NCBI GenBank assembly: GCA_002269645.1
Contig: NIVC01003260.1
Coordinates: forward strand, 44,781-108,780
Source: Macrostomum lignano
Taxonomy: Eukaryota
Direction of reading: 5' to 3'
DNA: 64,000 bases
Below are positions 31,692-43,407 of this stretch, piece after piece. Position numbers and translations under genes: made by a program. The stretch's first letter is position 1. Every line of letters begins with the position of its first letter. Under the pieces are notes generated by a model. The model was not told the origin of the DNA. It saw only the letters and a list, made by a program, of their open reading frames with translations, and ran no database searches.

Positions 31692-34600
31692 TCAAGCGTT
31701 GCTACCCGAGGCCTTCCTGCCGGCACGGCCGCCGGTGCCGTTCATACTCGGCCGCTGCTGCTGACCGGCGGTCGCTGGCGAAGCTTTCCAGGCGTTGCAC
31801 CCGCGCTGATAGCCGGAGTCGCGTTCGGTCAACGCATCCGACGAGGCCTCCGTCGAGCTGGCCGGCTGCGCGGCGCTGGCTACTGCCCGTCGGACGCCGG
31901 CGACAGCCGGAGACGGCGAAGTCGGCGAGGCCGGCACGTCGGCTGAGTCGCCGGCCGAAACCATAGCGGCGGACACGGTAGCCACCTTGGCCGAGCCGGG
32001 CGGCACGGATTTCTTCAGAGCGGCGGCATAGGATGTGCCGTTACCTCCGCCTGCGGCCTGCTGCTGCGACTGTTCCGGGCTAGCGCCGCCGATGCCAGCC
32101 TCTGGCGACGCTTCACCGGCAGAAGCGGCCGTGGCGGCGACTGCATGCGTCGATGAAGCAGAGGTAGCGGCTACCGCAGTAGGCGCGGAATTATTGTGGC
32201 CTTGGCTGGCTGAGCCGCCACCGCCGCCGCTATTGCCAGCTGAAGCGGCAGCGTCGGCTGAAATCTCAGGAAAGTCGTTCTCCTTCAGGCGGAACTCGGC
32301 CGGGCCCTGCGGCGCGTGGCCGGAATGATAGTCCCGACCACCGCCTCTGGCGCCTCCTCGCCCGTAGCCGCGGCCACCGCCTCCTCGACCGATGGCCGAG
32401 CGGGACGGCGGACCAGACTGGCGATAATCCTGGTGATGGTGATGATGCTGCGGCGGAGGCTGCGACGCGGGCGGTTGCTGCGGCATGGCTGCCCCTCTGT
32501 GAGCCTGGCTGTGGTGAGCAGAGGCAGATCCTGGTCCGCCCAAAGGTCCATCGTGGTCGTGATAGGCGGCGTTCTGGCTAACATGCCGAGCAAATCTGGG
32601 CGGCATTGTTTGTCTTTCTGTCCGGCGATTCGGCATGGAGTAGGGGGCATAGCCTCCCTGACCGTGCTGGTGATACTGGTGCGGGTGCTGGTGCTTGAAG
32701 ATACGATTTGGTGGCTGCTGCGGCGGCATCGGCTGCTGCTGCTGCTGCGGTGGCGGATTGGAGCCGGCAGAATCCATTAGGCTGCACAGCTGGTAGGTGG
32801 GGACATCGTGAGGCGCCAGTATAGGCGAGCCAGTGTAGTGGGCGGTGGCCGCGGCGGCCTCCGCGTTAGCCGGCACGCCGACAGGAATGGCAACTGGCGA
32901 GAGGGCCACGGCGGCAGCGGCGTCGGACAGCTGGCCGATGGTGTCGGAGCCGGCAGAAGTGGCCACGGCAGCAACGTCAGTCGCTGCCGGCATCGCGGTC
33001 TTAATGCTGAGAGTTGTCGACATGCCAACTTCGGCCCTAGTCAGCTCCCACTGCGAGTCGGCCACAAGCGGATAGGCCTGCCACTTGCCTGGCACAGCGT
33101 ACAGGCTCAGGGCGCGCTTGCAGTCGCAGGGCCGCAGCTGGGACTCCCATTTGCGCTTAGCTGCGTCAACCGGATCATCCGCGGCGGAGGAGCTCGCGGC
33201 CGTCTCGGCGGCAGCTTCGTTGACATCGGGACCAAGGCAGAGCTTAGTGAATGCCAGCTTGTGCAAAATGGAGTTTACCTGCTCAAAGCTTTTCGTGTCC
33301 GGGTAGATGACGAGCACGGAGGCGTGGTCAACCACCAGCTGCTCCGGCGGGGAGAGCTGCGGCAGTTCGGCTGGCAAGAAGCTGCAGAAGAATTCGTTCA
33401 GCTGTTCCAGTACGTGCTTAGCCTGAACTTTATAGCGTTGAGAAGGCTTCTGTTTGATGTCGTTGCATTGAGTCTCAATTTTCTCCGGGCTGCGGCCTTG
33501 CACGCGCAGAATCGGGCACACCTGAGGGATGGCAACAGGCAAAGCAATCGAAAAAATCTTATTGAAACAGTTTGAGCAGCTTTGAGAGCTCTCATATTTC
33601 TTGAGCATATAGGCACAGTATATAAATAGCCTAGCAAAGGCAGTCAAAAGATAGCATTTGATGATGATTTAAAAAATCAATTTGATTCACAGTGCTGATG
33701 TCGATCCCAATCACAAAGAGGATGTGAACTTAGCCTTCATTGACCATTCTCCGCCAATAGGGAGAAGATGGGATTTCATGTGAACTTTAAGGCTCTCAAA
33801 TGGAAGCGATGGCCGCTTGAGACTTTAGCACGTTTTGAAAAGGGAGAATAATAATAATTTGTTTTAGCAAAGAGAATATGAAAAATAACGCAACAGATGC
33901 CAACAGTTTGAAGAGCGACACCAGCATGCTTTCTTGATAAAGGCGGTTCCAAAAAGTGTCCAATCACTGCATTGTGCATTCCATTCCGGTTTTCGATGAT
34001 TGTTCTCTTATTGTCAGTCCAGCAGTGGGATCCGATAGAGAAGCCGGCTTAATCGGCTACCGCTTGTGATTAAGAGCCTTCCTGCCTCCCTTCCTTTCCT
34101 GCCTGCCTGCTTCCCTTCCTTTCCTTCCTGCCTCCCTTCCTTTCCTGCCTGCCTGCTTCCCTTCCTTTCCTTCCTGCCTCCCTTCCTTTCCTTCCTGCCT
34201 CCCTTCCTTTCCTTCCTGCCTCCCTTCCTTTTTTTCCTGCCTCCCGTCCTTTCCTTCCTGCTTCCCTTCCTTTCTTTCCTGCCTCCCTTCCTTTCTTTCC
34301 TGCCTCCCGTCCTTTCCTTCCTGCCTCCCTTCCTTTCTTTCCTGCCTCCCTTCCTTTCTTTCCTGCCTCCCTTCCTTTTTTTCCTGCCTCCCTTCCTTTC
34401 CTTCCTGCCTCCCTTCCTTTCCTTCCTGCCTCCCTTCCTTTCCTTCCTGCCTCCCTTCCTTTTTTTCCTGCCTCCCGTTCTTTCCTTCCTGCCTCCCGTC
34501 CTTTCCTTCCTGCCTCCCTTCCTTTCTTTCCTGCCTCCCTTCCTTTCTTTCCTGCCTCCCTTCCTTTCCTTACTTCCCTCCTTGCCTCCCTTCCCTTCTT

Positions 34601-36558
34601 TCCTTTCCTTAATTCCCTCCTTTTATTCCCTTCCCTTCCTCCCTCCCTCCCTTCCTTCCTTCTTCCCTCCCTTCCTTCCTTCCTTCCTTATATTTACCCG
34701 TCAAGGTCTGAACAAGCGCTGGTGTCTGCGGATCCGCGTTTAGCCATAATGATGAGGCTATTATTTCTACTGTATTATTGATATCTACTAAAAGAAGCTA
34801 GACTAAAAGGCAGTGGACTAAAATCCGGGACAGAAAACTAGGCTGCAACTGGGGAAGTTCCCGTTGCCGGACACAGCTGGCTGTCGGCCCCGGAGATTCA
34901 ATGAGCGTCATCGCAATTAGAAAATTGCTAGCATCAGGCCCAGTGTGAGCTATTTAGCTAACAAGCCAACAATTTCGGCCCCTAGCTAACACGACCGACG
35001 ATCATGCACTTTCAATAAGTTACTAAGCCAGATCTAGGGCAGCGGTTAAACTGCCAAGCACCTTCACTGCTGCTTTAACCCTTTGATTGGCATACGGAAT
35101 GCAGCACAAGAATTTGCCTTCATTAGTAAATAATAAATCAATTTATAAACTAGAGCACAATAATAAATCTTCACCTTTTGCTTCAATTTGCCATCGACAA
35201 CGCTAAACACGCAGGACTTCTCGTTGACCGCCTGCTTCCATTCATCGGCGGAGACACTGCACTGGGCCAGGTGGTGCAAAAACTCGTATACCTTGCCTAA
35301 TTCGGCCTCGTGATTCAGCTCTGATAGCTGGCAGACGTAACTCCAAACAACTGGTATGGTGAGAGCAATATCCGTGTACCGCCTAATCCGATCCTGCCGC
35401 TCTTCGGGCGAAATTTTCTCTTCATCACCCAGCTTCAGCATCAGCTTGCTAATCTGCTCCAAAGCTTGGTTAGTATTGTGCTGCTTGGGTCTACGCTGCT
35501 GCGACTGTTGCTGCTGCTGCTGATCTGGTTGGCCGTCGGACGATTCAATAGGAGACTGCCGCTGCTGCTGCTCCTGTTGCGGCTGGCCATCGTGATGAGC
35601 CGCCTGTGTCATGTAAGCCGCAGCCGAAGATGTCGCATTGGGATAGGTGCTATCAATGCCACCAGGCGGGCTCTGCTGCGACAGATGCTGCTGATGCTGG
35701 GAGGCGTACACACCGTAAGCAGCAGACTGGTGCGTCGGCAGCACTGCGGTGTGCTGCGGATAACCATAAGGATACGCATAGTGCTGCTGCTGCTGCTGTT
35801 GATCCATAGAGTCTTGCTGCATTGAAAACAGCAGCGAGTCTTGGTCCTGTATTGACATCATGTACGGCTGCTGCTGAAACATGTAGCCATTGCTGAATAG
35901 CGGCACCTGAAATGTAGTGAAAAACAAACATTTGATGCGTTAAATATGCAATTATAGTGCTCAATATCAACTGCAAAAATCGATACTGTAAAACAGTAAG
36001 TGAGCAGAAAAAACTTCTAGTTTCTGAAAACAAATAGCTTTGAGTATAGGACATTTTATATAAACTTACATAGTTGACAGAAATGGGCACCTACATTTCA
36101 ACTTACATCTCAAAGGCTACTCAGCCTAATATTACATTTACAGGGTTCCTCTACACTACACCGCCTGACTCCAGCCTGACCTGGTGCAAAGCTGCAGCCG
36201 ACTCTAAACCGGGCTGCAATGTTGCCATAGTAACAGCAGTGCCGTGATGCCCGACGCCGCTATAATCGTTAGGAAAATAGCCGCTTAAATCTGTGGCCGG
36301 CGCCATTTGCACTGAGTGAGCGGCCCACATTCCGAGCGGAGTCGCTGGCGTGCCTGATGCGGACTGGGACTTATAGTGATGCTGCTGCTGATGATGTCCG
36401 GCAGAGGCTGCGGCGGCTGCTGCTGCGGCGGCGGTGGCTGCGGCATCGCCGGCACCAGGATTCGGACTCTGGGACACGCACAGTATCATGCTGTTGTCAG
36501 CCAAGTAGTAAATATCACCGGGATTTAAACTATGCGGCAGGACTAACGACGACGCCAT
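31692..36558 (-). CDS. Low-complexity RNA-binding protein, tentatively La-related (LARP4-like); exons 36558-36181, 35906-35175, 33521-31692 (about 979 aa)
   Basis: Three phase-0 GT-AG-joined GC-rich exons. The protein has a Q/H/P-rich N-terminus, a central globular segment resembling a degenerate La motif followed by an RRM, an RGG patch (GRGGGGRGYGRGGARGGGR), PPRF, FRLKENDFPEI and SYAAALKK. The gene model is solid; the family call is inferred from weak motifs. Confidence 0.6.
34078..34690. repeat. 21-bp polypyrimidine minisatellite (CCTGCCTCCCTTCCTTTCCTT)n
   Basis: About 28 copies in intron 33522-35174. The SFLPPFL ORF is an artefact. Confidence 0.95.
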
Positions 36559-38296
36559 TGAGGCCTCCGAGGCGGAACGGGCAGCTGGGAAAGAATAATA
36601 CCCCTTGGCGACACGTAAGGGAAGCGTTCGACGCTAATGAATCCGACAAAGGCTGTGCAGATACGGCTGCAACAGTTGCAACCGGAAGTGGCGATAGACC
36701 AAGACAATTGGCTAGCGGTAGGATTTCGTCTTCAAATAAAGCAAAGAAATTATATAGGCGCAGGCGGGGACACCTGAGCGTGGGTAGCCAGCCAGACCTT
36801 GAGAGCAGTAAGGGAAGGGGAAGGAAACGCGCCAGGGGGTGCCGACGAATCCACCGTGCAAAAACGTGAGCCTGTCGTAGAGTACAAACGCGCGCTTTGC
36901 TCCAATTTCGCTTTCGTTCAGTTTAATATAAAATAAAAATTCAACTCGATTGCAGCCCCCAACCGGCAAAGCATTCTGTCCTCTCGGCGCCGGCAGAGGG
37001 GATCGGCAGTGGCTGAATCGTGGCGCGTATTTGGTTCAAAAAATGTGGGCTATGGAAATCTTTGAGCAGAGTGAAGCAGGGGAACAGAAATAGAGGAGGG
37101 GAGCCCGAGGGGTGCTCTAGCCTAGCGTGGCAGATACTGGCCGGGGCCAAGTCAAGGCGGGCAGTCCCGACGCGGACGCCGTTCGGTTGCACAGGGCATG
37201 CACGCGCGAAGCACAGCTAGGACTGAGGGAGTGAGGGATAGCCACAACTATTTGCGGCACACCCAGCAGAACCGATGCCAATATAAGTAGAGAGTAGGAC
37301 GAGGGAGGGCCAGTGCCAGCGGTTGGAAGCAGGGCTAGAGAGGAGGCGGGGTCGAGCTGCAAGCAGCCGAATAAACGTAATGCCCTGCTGCTAGGGGGGG
37401 GGGGATAGAGGTGTGCATAAAGGAGCGCAAGGCGACACACAAGAGCTTCTACTCTCGTCCTCCTGCCCTTACCCCCTTGCAGTATATCCCTCATAGTGCG
37501 CAGCCTATATCCCCTCCCCCTACTGTACGCAGCTTGGGGAGGCTTCAGGGTTGTTGCCGGGGTGAAGTAAGGCGGAGGTGGGGAGAAATGGCGATGCAAC
37601 TGATACGATAAGCGGCTGGGGTTGCGGTGGCGACCAAAAAATTGGCTGGGAAGGGGCGTATCCACACAGAAGTAAGAGTCTGGCCTACCCCTCGCCGATG
37701 ATTGCAACTGTGCGCACACCGCGTCGTACATCGTGAGGAACGACGGCGAGAGGCGGCTAGCGGGGAGGAGGGGGGGGATAGAGAAATTCAAGGACGGGGG
37801 CAGACAGGCGGATAGGCAAAGCTATTTTCAACAGCAAGAGCCGGTCCATACATATTGTGTGCATAATGTGAACTGCTGAAAGGAGGGAGGACGAGGAGGC
37901 GGACCAAAGGGAATAGGAACCCGGCTCTATAGTTAAAAAAGATGAGTGTGTTTGGACTAGTAATGAGGAGCTAGTAGGGAAAGGGAAAATGACAGGGGTT
38001 AGGGGGCGGCTTGTTCTTATAAAAGTATAACAGCCAGTCTCAGCCTATAGTGAATTTGCGACCACTGGTTCAGCGGCATAATGCTGGAAGACAGAGAATG
38101 GGGGAGAATAGGGAGAGTTGAAAAAAACCAGTAAAGCTGCAAGCAGAGATACGGTAATAAATACAAAACAAATCCTGCAAAACAATAAAACGACACCGCG
38201 TGAGACAAATGCAAAAATAAGGTACGAGTAGTAAGCGGCGAACACGGAATTAATTTTCTGCCACATCCAAGTAAAAATAGCGCAAGTTTAACGAAC

Positions 38297-38407
38297 CTGA
38301 CTGCCCGGGTGCTGATAGTGACTGGCGGCCGGCATGTAGTGCTGCGGATAATAGGCGGCGTCAGCTGGATAACCGAGCAGCGAGTGCGGCAAATGAGACT
38401 GGTGCAT
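38297..38407 (-). CDS. Alternative first coding exon of the 31692-36558 gene (MHQSHLPHSLLGYPADAAYYPQHYMPAASHYQHPGSQ)
   Basis: GC-rich island with ATG at 38407, acceptor TTAATTGCAG| at 38422 and phase-0 donor CAG|GTTCGT at 38296. In frame with the exon starting at 35906. Confidence 0.6.
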
Positions 38408-38554
38408 GGCGTTCCGGATTGCTGCAATTAAATTTTTCAGCTTCCTTGTTTGTGGCCTGACACCGCTCTGGGCTGGTTTGTAATTGCATTCATATAATTG
38501 CTTCTATAATTAAGCCCAAAAACAAATATTATGGAAGGGCAGGGCAGTGGCCCC

Positions 38555-39210
38555 GCAACTGAGGATCTGGGAGGGAAACGGTGACCCAGTCTGAGGATTT
38601 GGGAGGGAAACGGTGACCCAGTCTGAGGATTTGGGAGGGAAACAGTGTGATCCAGTCTGAGGATCTGGGAGGGAAACGGTGACCCAGTCTGAGGATCTGG
38701 GAGGGAAACAGTGACACAGTCTGAGGATCTGGGAGGGAAACAGTGACCCAGTCTGAGGATCTGGGAGGGAAACAGTGACCCAATCTGAGCTAGATCTGGG
38801 AGGGAAACAGTGACCCAGTCTGAGGATCTGGGAGGGAAACAGTGACCCAGTCTGAGGATCTGGGAGGGAAACGGTGACCCAGTCTGAGGATTTGGGAGGG
38901 AAACAGTGACCAAGTCTGAGGATTTGGGAGGGAAACGGTGACCAAGTCTGAGGATTTGGGAGGGAAACAGTGACCCAGTCTGAGGATTTGGGAGGGAAAC
39001 GGTGACCAAGTCTGAGGATTTGGGAGGGAAACGGTGACCAAGTCTGAGGATCTGGGAGGGAAACAGTGACCCAGTCTGAGGATTTGGGAGGGAAACAGTG
39101 ACCCAGCAACTGATGATCTGGGAGGGCGATGACACAGCAACTGATGATCTGGGAGGGCGATGACACAGCAACTGATGATCTGGGAGGGCGGTGACACAGC
39201 AAGTGATGAT
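38555..39210. repeat. 32-bp minisatellite (TCTGAGGATYTGGGAGGGAAACRGTGACCCAG)n
   Basis: About 20 copies, with a variant sub-array at 39105-39210. Confidence 0.95.
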
Positions 39211-39439
39211 CTAGGAGGGGGGAGGGGCTGCAGACCAGCTTTAGAACTGAAAAGGCTGGTCTTGGCCTTAATAAAAGTGGACTAAATTCTGAATGTGCTT
39301 TACTAAAATTAGTGAGAATGAAAAGCAAAACTAAAACAAATATTTCTTTTAAAGGCTTGAAGATAAGCAATCCTAACAATCAGTTTCCAACGCAAGAATT
39401 TTTATAGAGGAATGATAGGTTTAAACATTGCAGACTTAC

Positions 39440-39527
39440 GATGAGCCTTGATTGAGGTCTATAGCACGTCGTGATGGGATCAGAATCACACCTCTTTAGC
39501 CGAGAGCACAATCAAGGTTTGCGGAAC
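39440..39527 (-). other. Candidate non-coding 5' UTR exon (88 nt)
   Basis: Strong acceptor GTGTCTCTTCTGTTCAG| at 39528 and donor |GTAAGT at 39439, in the same orientation as the downstream gene. Confidence 0.45.
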
Positions 39528-40532
39528 CTGAACAGAAGAGACACCAGTCTTAATGCGAATTGTAACTAACTCCAATAGCACCATGCAATATTAAATATGA
39601 AACTATTAAGCTGCGTCATTATAAAGGTTAAAGGTAAGCCATTTTTATTCGTCTGGCACTAACCACTATCGACCAAATCACTCTGCCTACCAACAGTAGT
39701 AGTATATAGTGAATAGCTAAGCTGAGCTCTAAAATAATTCAATGATACTAACTGAAACCAAAACTAGTGCTTATATTAGAATTTTAAACGACTAAAATTT
39801 AGCACTTGAATGAACAACAAGAAACAAATATACAACATAACTGTCTGCTAAGGTCATATACAATGCTTCTATATTGAAGCCCAAAAATGAATAATATTAT
39901 GGAAGGCAGTGGCCCCGCAACTGAGGATCTGGGAGTTAATGGTGAATGATAGACTAGCTCTAGACTAAAGGACAAATAGCAAAGCTGAAGTTTGAGGGCC
40001 AAGCCAGTAGCCTACAAATGTGTAATATAATAGACTCACAATAAATGCCTTGGGGAGGTGGTATCATTGCCTAACAATGAGCAATAATCCTACCTCACTC
40101 AAACTAGGCATTGCCCTACATTTTATTTATTCATTCTAATTTACTATAAAATATACTGCCTTTGAATAATTTTAGTATAGCAAATTCTAAGATGCGAGCC
40201 CTATACTCATAGTAGGGCTTTTGGAGGCCAATATGTTAGAAAGTTTTTGTGGCATGTTAGCAGAAGATAATAGAAAAAACCTGTTAGGGCCTATAGTTTA
40301 TCTACATTGATTTGTATATCTCTCAGTTCTATTGAGTATATTATCTTTATAGTCTAATAACTTATTGCACCAGGGAAATATTCTTTAAATTTCATTCTTT
40401 ATAGGACATTCATTTATAAATCATTAGCAATTAGCCAATTAAACTCTAGTCAATGACCCTTTTGGAATAATTAGGCAAATGGCATCTATCTTATCTAGCA
40501 TATTTATAGGCTTTTTGATGATACAAATAGCC

Positions 40533-40704
40533 TATGCTTGGGCGCAACCTTGGGATTCACTTGGCCATTTCTATTGGCAACATAAACATGTAAGTCGCTA
40601 TTGGACGGAATAGTAGTCACGTGACTGCTCTTAGCCAATAACGACTTATATGTATGTGTTGCCAATAGAAATGGCCGGGTGATTCCTAAGGTTGCGCATG
40701 TATG
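40533..40704. mobile_element. Short palindromic (hairpin) hAT-type MITE of the CATACATGCGCAAC TIR family
   Basis: The two halves are reverse complements (GCGCAACCTTGGGATTCACTTGGCCATTTCTATTGGCAACA vs TGTTGCCAATAGAAATGGCCGGGTGATTCCTAAGGTTGCGC). The right TIR GTTGCGCATGTATG is identical to that of 23341-23638. AAATAGCC flanks both sides. Confidence 0.8.
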
Positions 40705-41086
40705 AAATAGCCTATAATATAGAACTGTACTAATGAGTTCTCTACAGTTCTCTAGATCTCTAGATCTAGCTCTTAGTTGGATAAGCTTATCACTATACTC
40801 TTACCTCCAAGCCAATTTGTTTATACCAACTTCTTTTTCCCATATACCTCCATCAACCTTTTCTTATTATTATACAAGGTATAGTCAACAAAAGCCCACT
40901 TTGATAGAATAGGCAATTTAAATAGATCAATGAAAGAAATAGACATTTTGAAAAGCATAACCTTTTTGGGAAATATATTTAATGGCTTTAAATTGCTAAT
41001 TGATAATATATAGCCAATGTGACTTGAAAACAAAAGCAACTAGATTATTACTTCCTGTTTTACTTAATTATAAGCATTGTTGGTCA

Positions 41087-42140
41087 TGTAGTGAGCCGCT
41101 AGTTTATGGTTAGGCGTCGCCCTTGTCAGCTGTTCCCTCGCCTTCGCCCTGGGTTGCTGTCTGCCGCTGGTCAGCTTCCCGCCCCTCCCTTTCGTCTGTC
41201 TGCTGCTGCCCTTGGCCTGTTCTGGCCTTTTGCGTCTTTGTTCTCAGCCCTTAGCTTCTCTGCTGTGGGCTGTCTCTGTTTCGTTCCCATCCCGTTTTCC
41301 TCTGTCATGTGAGCAAGTCACATGACAGACTCTGCGTTCTTCAAGTCCTAAAGTGCAGTAAACATGTTTACTGCACTCGTTGGCCCTGTTTACCTGGTGA
41401 GTCACGTGCTTTCGGACCCCTCCCTCTCTAAGGAGAGGAGTGACTCATGTTGCTAAAAATAGCAACTGAGTCACAGCCGCGTGTACTCTGGCCGGGGACC
41501 TCAAGTGACGTCAGTTCTAAAAATAGAACAAGTCACGAGGTCTTCCGCACGCTTCTACCCTGCCCAAGACTCTCGAGTGACGTCAGTTCTAAAAATAGAA
41601 CAAGTCACGAGGTCTTCTGCGTGGGTGTTTCCCGGCTATAAATAGGAGCCCTCTCCCCCTTGTTTCCGTCAAGGAGTCTGTTCTGTGTCTAGTTCTGTGC
41701 TAGTCTTGTTCTTCCGTGTGATTACGTCCCGAGTGTCTGAGTCTCTGCATACATTGAGTCTGTTCGTATTGGTCTGACTGAGACCCGACTAAAGCGCCAC
41801 AAGCCTACGAGAGACTAACTCAGCCCTCCCTCTGCCATCCAAGCCCGGCAGGTACGGCTGACGAGACGCCTAGTACGTTGAACTGCAAATCTGCACTAGG
41901 TGCTGTGTTCGTTGACTTCGTTATTTCGTTCCGACGGGAAGCTCACCTCACGGAAGGCTGAGACCTGAAGGAACTGGTGGCAGCACTACCTACGCTACTA
42001 AAGTTAAGAAGGCTTCTAAGTGAGAGGACGGAGCCCAAGTCACTGCGCTGTACAGCAGGACAACCACAGGTACAACACTGGTGGCAGCGGTGGGATTCAA
42101 AGACCTACCAGGCCACCCCGAGAAAGCCCCAAGTACAACA
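41087..42140 (+). repeat. 5' LTR (1054 bp)
   Basis: Begins TGTAGTGAGCCG and ends GTACAACA. It has an internal ~75-bp direct duplication (41500-41620) and TATAAATA at about 41637. Confidence 0.95.
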
Positions 42141-42161
42141 CTGGTGACGCAGCGGTGGGAT
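42079..42161 (+). promoter_or_regulatory. tRNA-Leu primer-binding sites: perfect copy inside the LTR (42079-42096) and imperfect copy after the LTR (42142-42161)
   Basis: TGGTGGCAGCGGTGGGAT is the complement of a tRNA-Leu 3' end (ATCCCACCGCTGCCA-CCA, recalled). The downstream copy TGGTGACGCAGCGGTGGGAT has a 2-nt insertion. Confidence 0.8.
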
Positions 42162-42232
42162 CCGACTACGACACACCCAAGCCAACCGCTCTTTCGAGAA
42201 CGACATCGGCCAGTAACTACTACGAGTTCAAC

Positions 42233-43407
42233 ATGTTCAACGAACGAGACGAGAGCCGGTGCAGCAGCCGGCTGGATCAGCACATCAGCAGTTCGAGGCC
42301 TGCGGCAGCGGACGCCGCAGCAGCAGCAGCGATCAACGACCTTGGTCAGCAGCCGACGCCGAGGCGAGGTGCGAGAAGCGACGTGTCCGATGACCCGCCA
42401 GACGAGCTTCTGCAAGGCCTGGACAACATTGGCCGGAACATCACGCACCAGGACGTGAGGACCATGATGGCAGCTCTGCAGCAGCAGATGGAGCGGCCCG
42501 TGAGTAAACAAGTTAAAATTGTGAAGTTTACTCCAAGTCAGGACATTCATGTCTGGCTTGCCGCGTTCGAGCAGCGTTGCGAGATGGAGCGCATAGTCGA
42601 CCCGTTCGAGATGAAGCAACACCTCATCGCGAGTCTTGATTTGGCTACTGCATATCCTTCTTTGCTTAGTATGAATCTTCCGCGCTTCGCCAGCTACGAG
42701 GAGGTCAAGCAGCGTCTGATTGAGCGATTTGCCCGTCATGGTGGTGCTGATGAGTACAGAGAGCTGTTGAGGCGTCGTCAACAAGGCAAGAATGAGTCAG
42801 CAGAAGAGTTTGCTGACGCCCTGAGAACTCTGGGGTGAACGTGCGTATCCTCGGATGCACCCTGAAGACCGCGAGAAGGAGATTGCGGATCAATTTCTCG
42901 CTGGTATCCGGACGACGCCAGACTTGCGCGAACGGCTGTACTGGGTTCGCCCGAACAATCTTCTTGCTGCGATTCGAGAACTACGACGACTAGAAGGCGC
43001 TAAAGAATTGGCGCAGCGATCCGCTCAACCCCCCGGTTAGGATGTTGGACGGGGAGGAGGACGGCGACCCGAAACCCGACGTCACCGCCCAAGCCTTGCT
43101 GACTCTAACCGACTTGATTGAGAAGCAGCAGCGAATGCTGGATCACCTGGTGCAGCGTGACCAACAGCAGGTAGCCAGCCCGCCAAAGAGAGCTATAATC
43201 TGCTATAGCTGCGGACAGCCCGGTCATCTCAACACCCAGTGCCCGATGCGCCAGAACCAGGGAAATGGCCAGGCGGAGAGCGACAACGGCACCGCCCTCC
43301 GCGAGGTCCAAGCCCAGGCTACTTGGCAGACTCCGAGAGGTCACCAGAAGAAGAGGATGTCGGCTGTGCAGGCGCCAATGCCCAGTCCGACAGTCGCTCG
43401 CCAGTAA
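42233..43407 (+). pseudogene. Gag with CCHC zinc knuckle, interrupted by two +1 homopolymer insertions (42832-42835, 43029-43034)
   Basis: Capsid-like segment WLAAFEQRCEM...QQGKNESAEEFADALRTL, then CYSCGQPGHLNTQC. Removing one G and one C joins ORFs 42020, 42855 and 43042 into a single frame. Confidence 0.85.

Noticed and set aside
32035-33575. Several plus-strand ORFs overlapping the large minus-strand exon
   Set aside because: They are shadow ORFs of a GC-rich coding exon.
37117-37791. 224-aa minus-strand ORF
   Set aside because: No motif, atypical codon style and no convincing splice links; more likely UTR, intron or promoter sequence.
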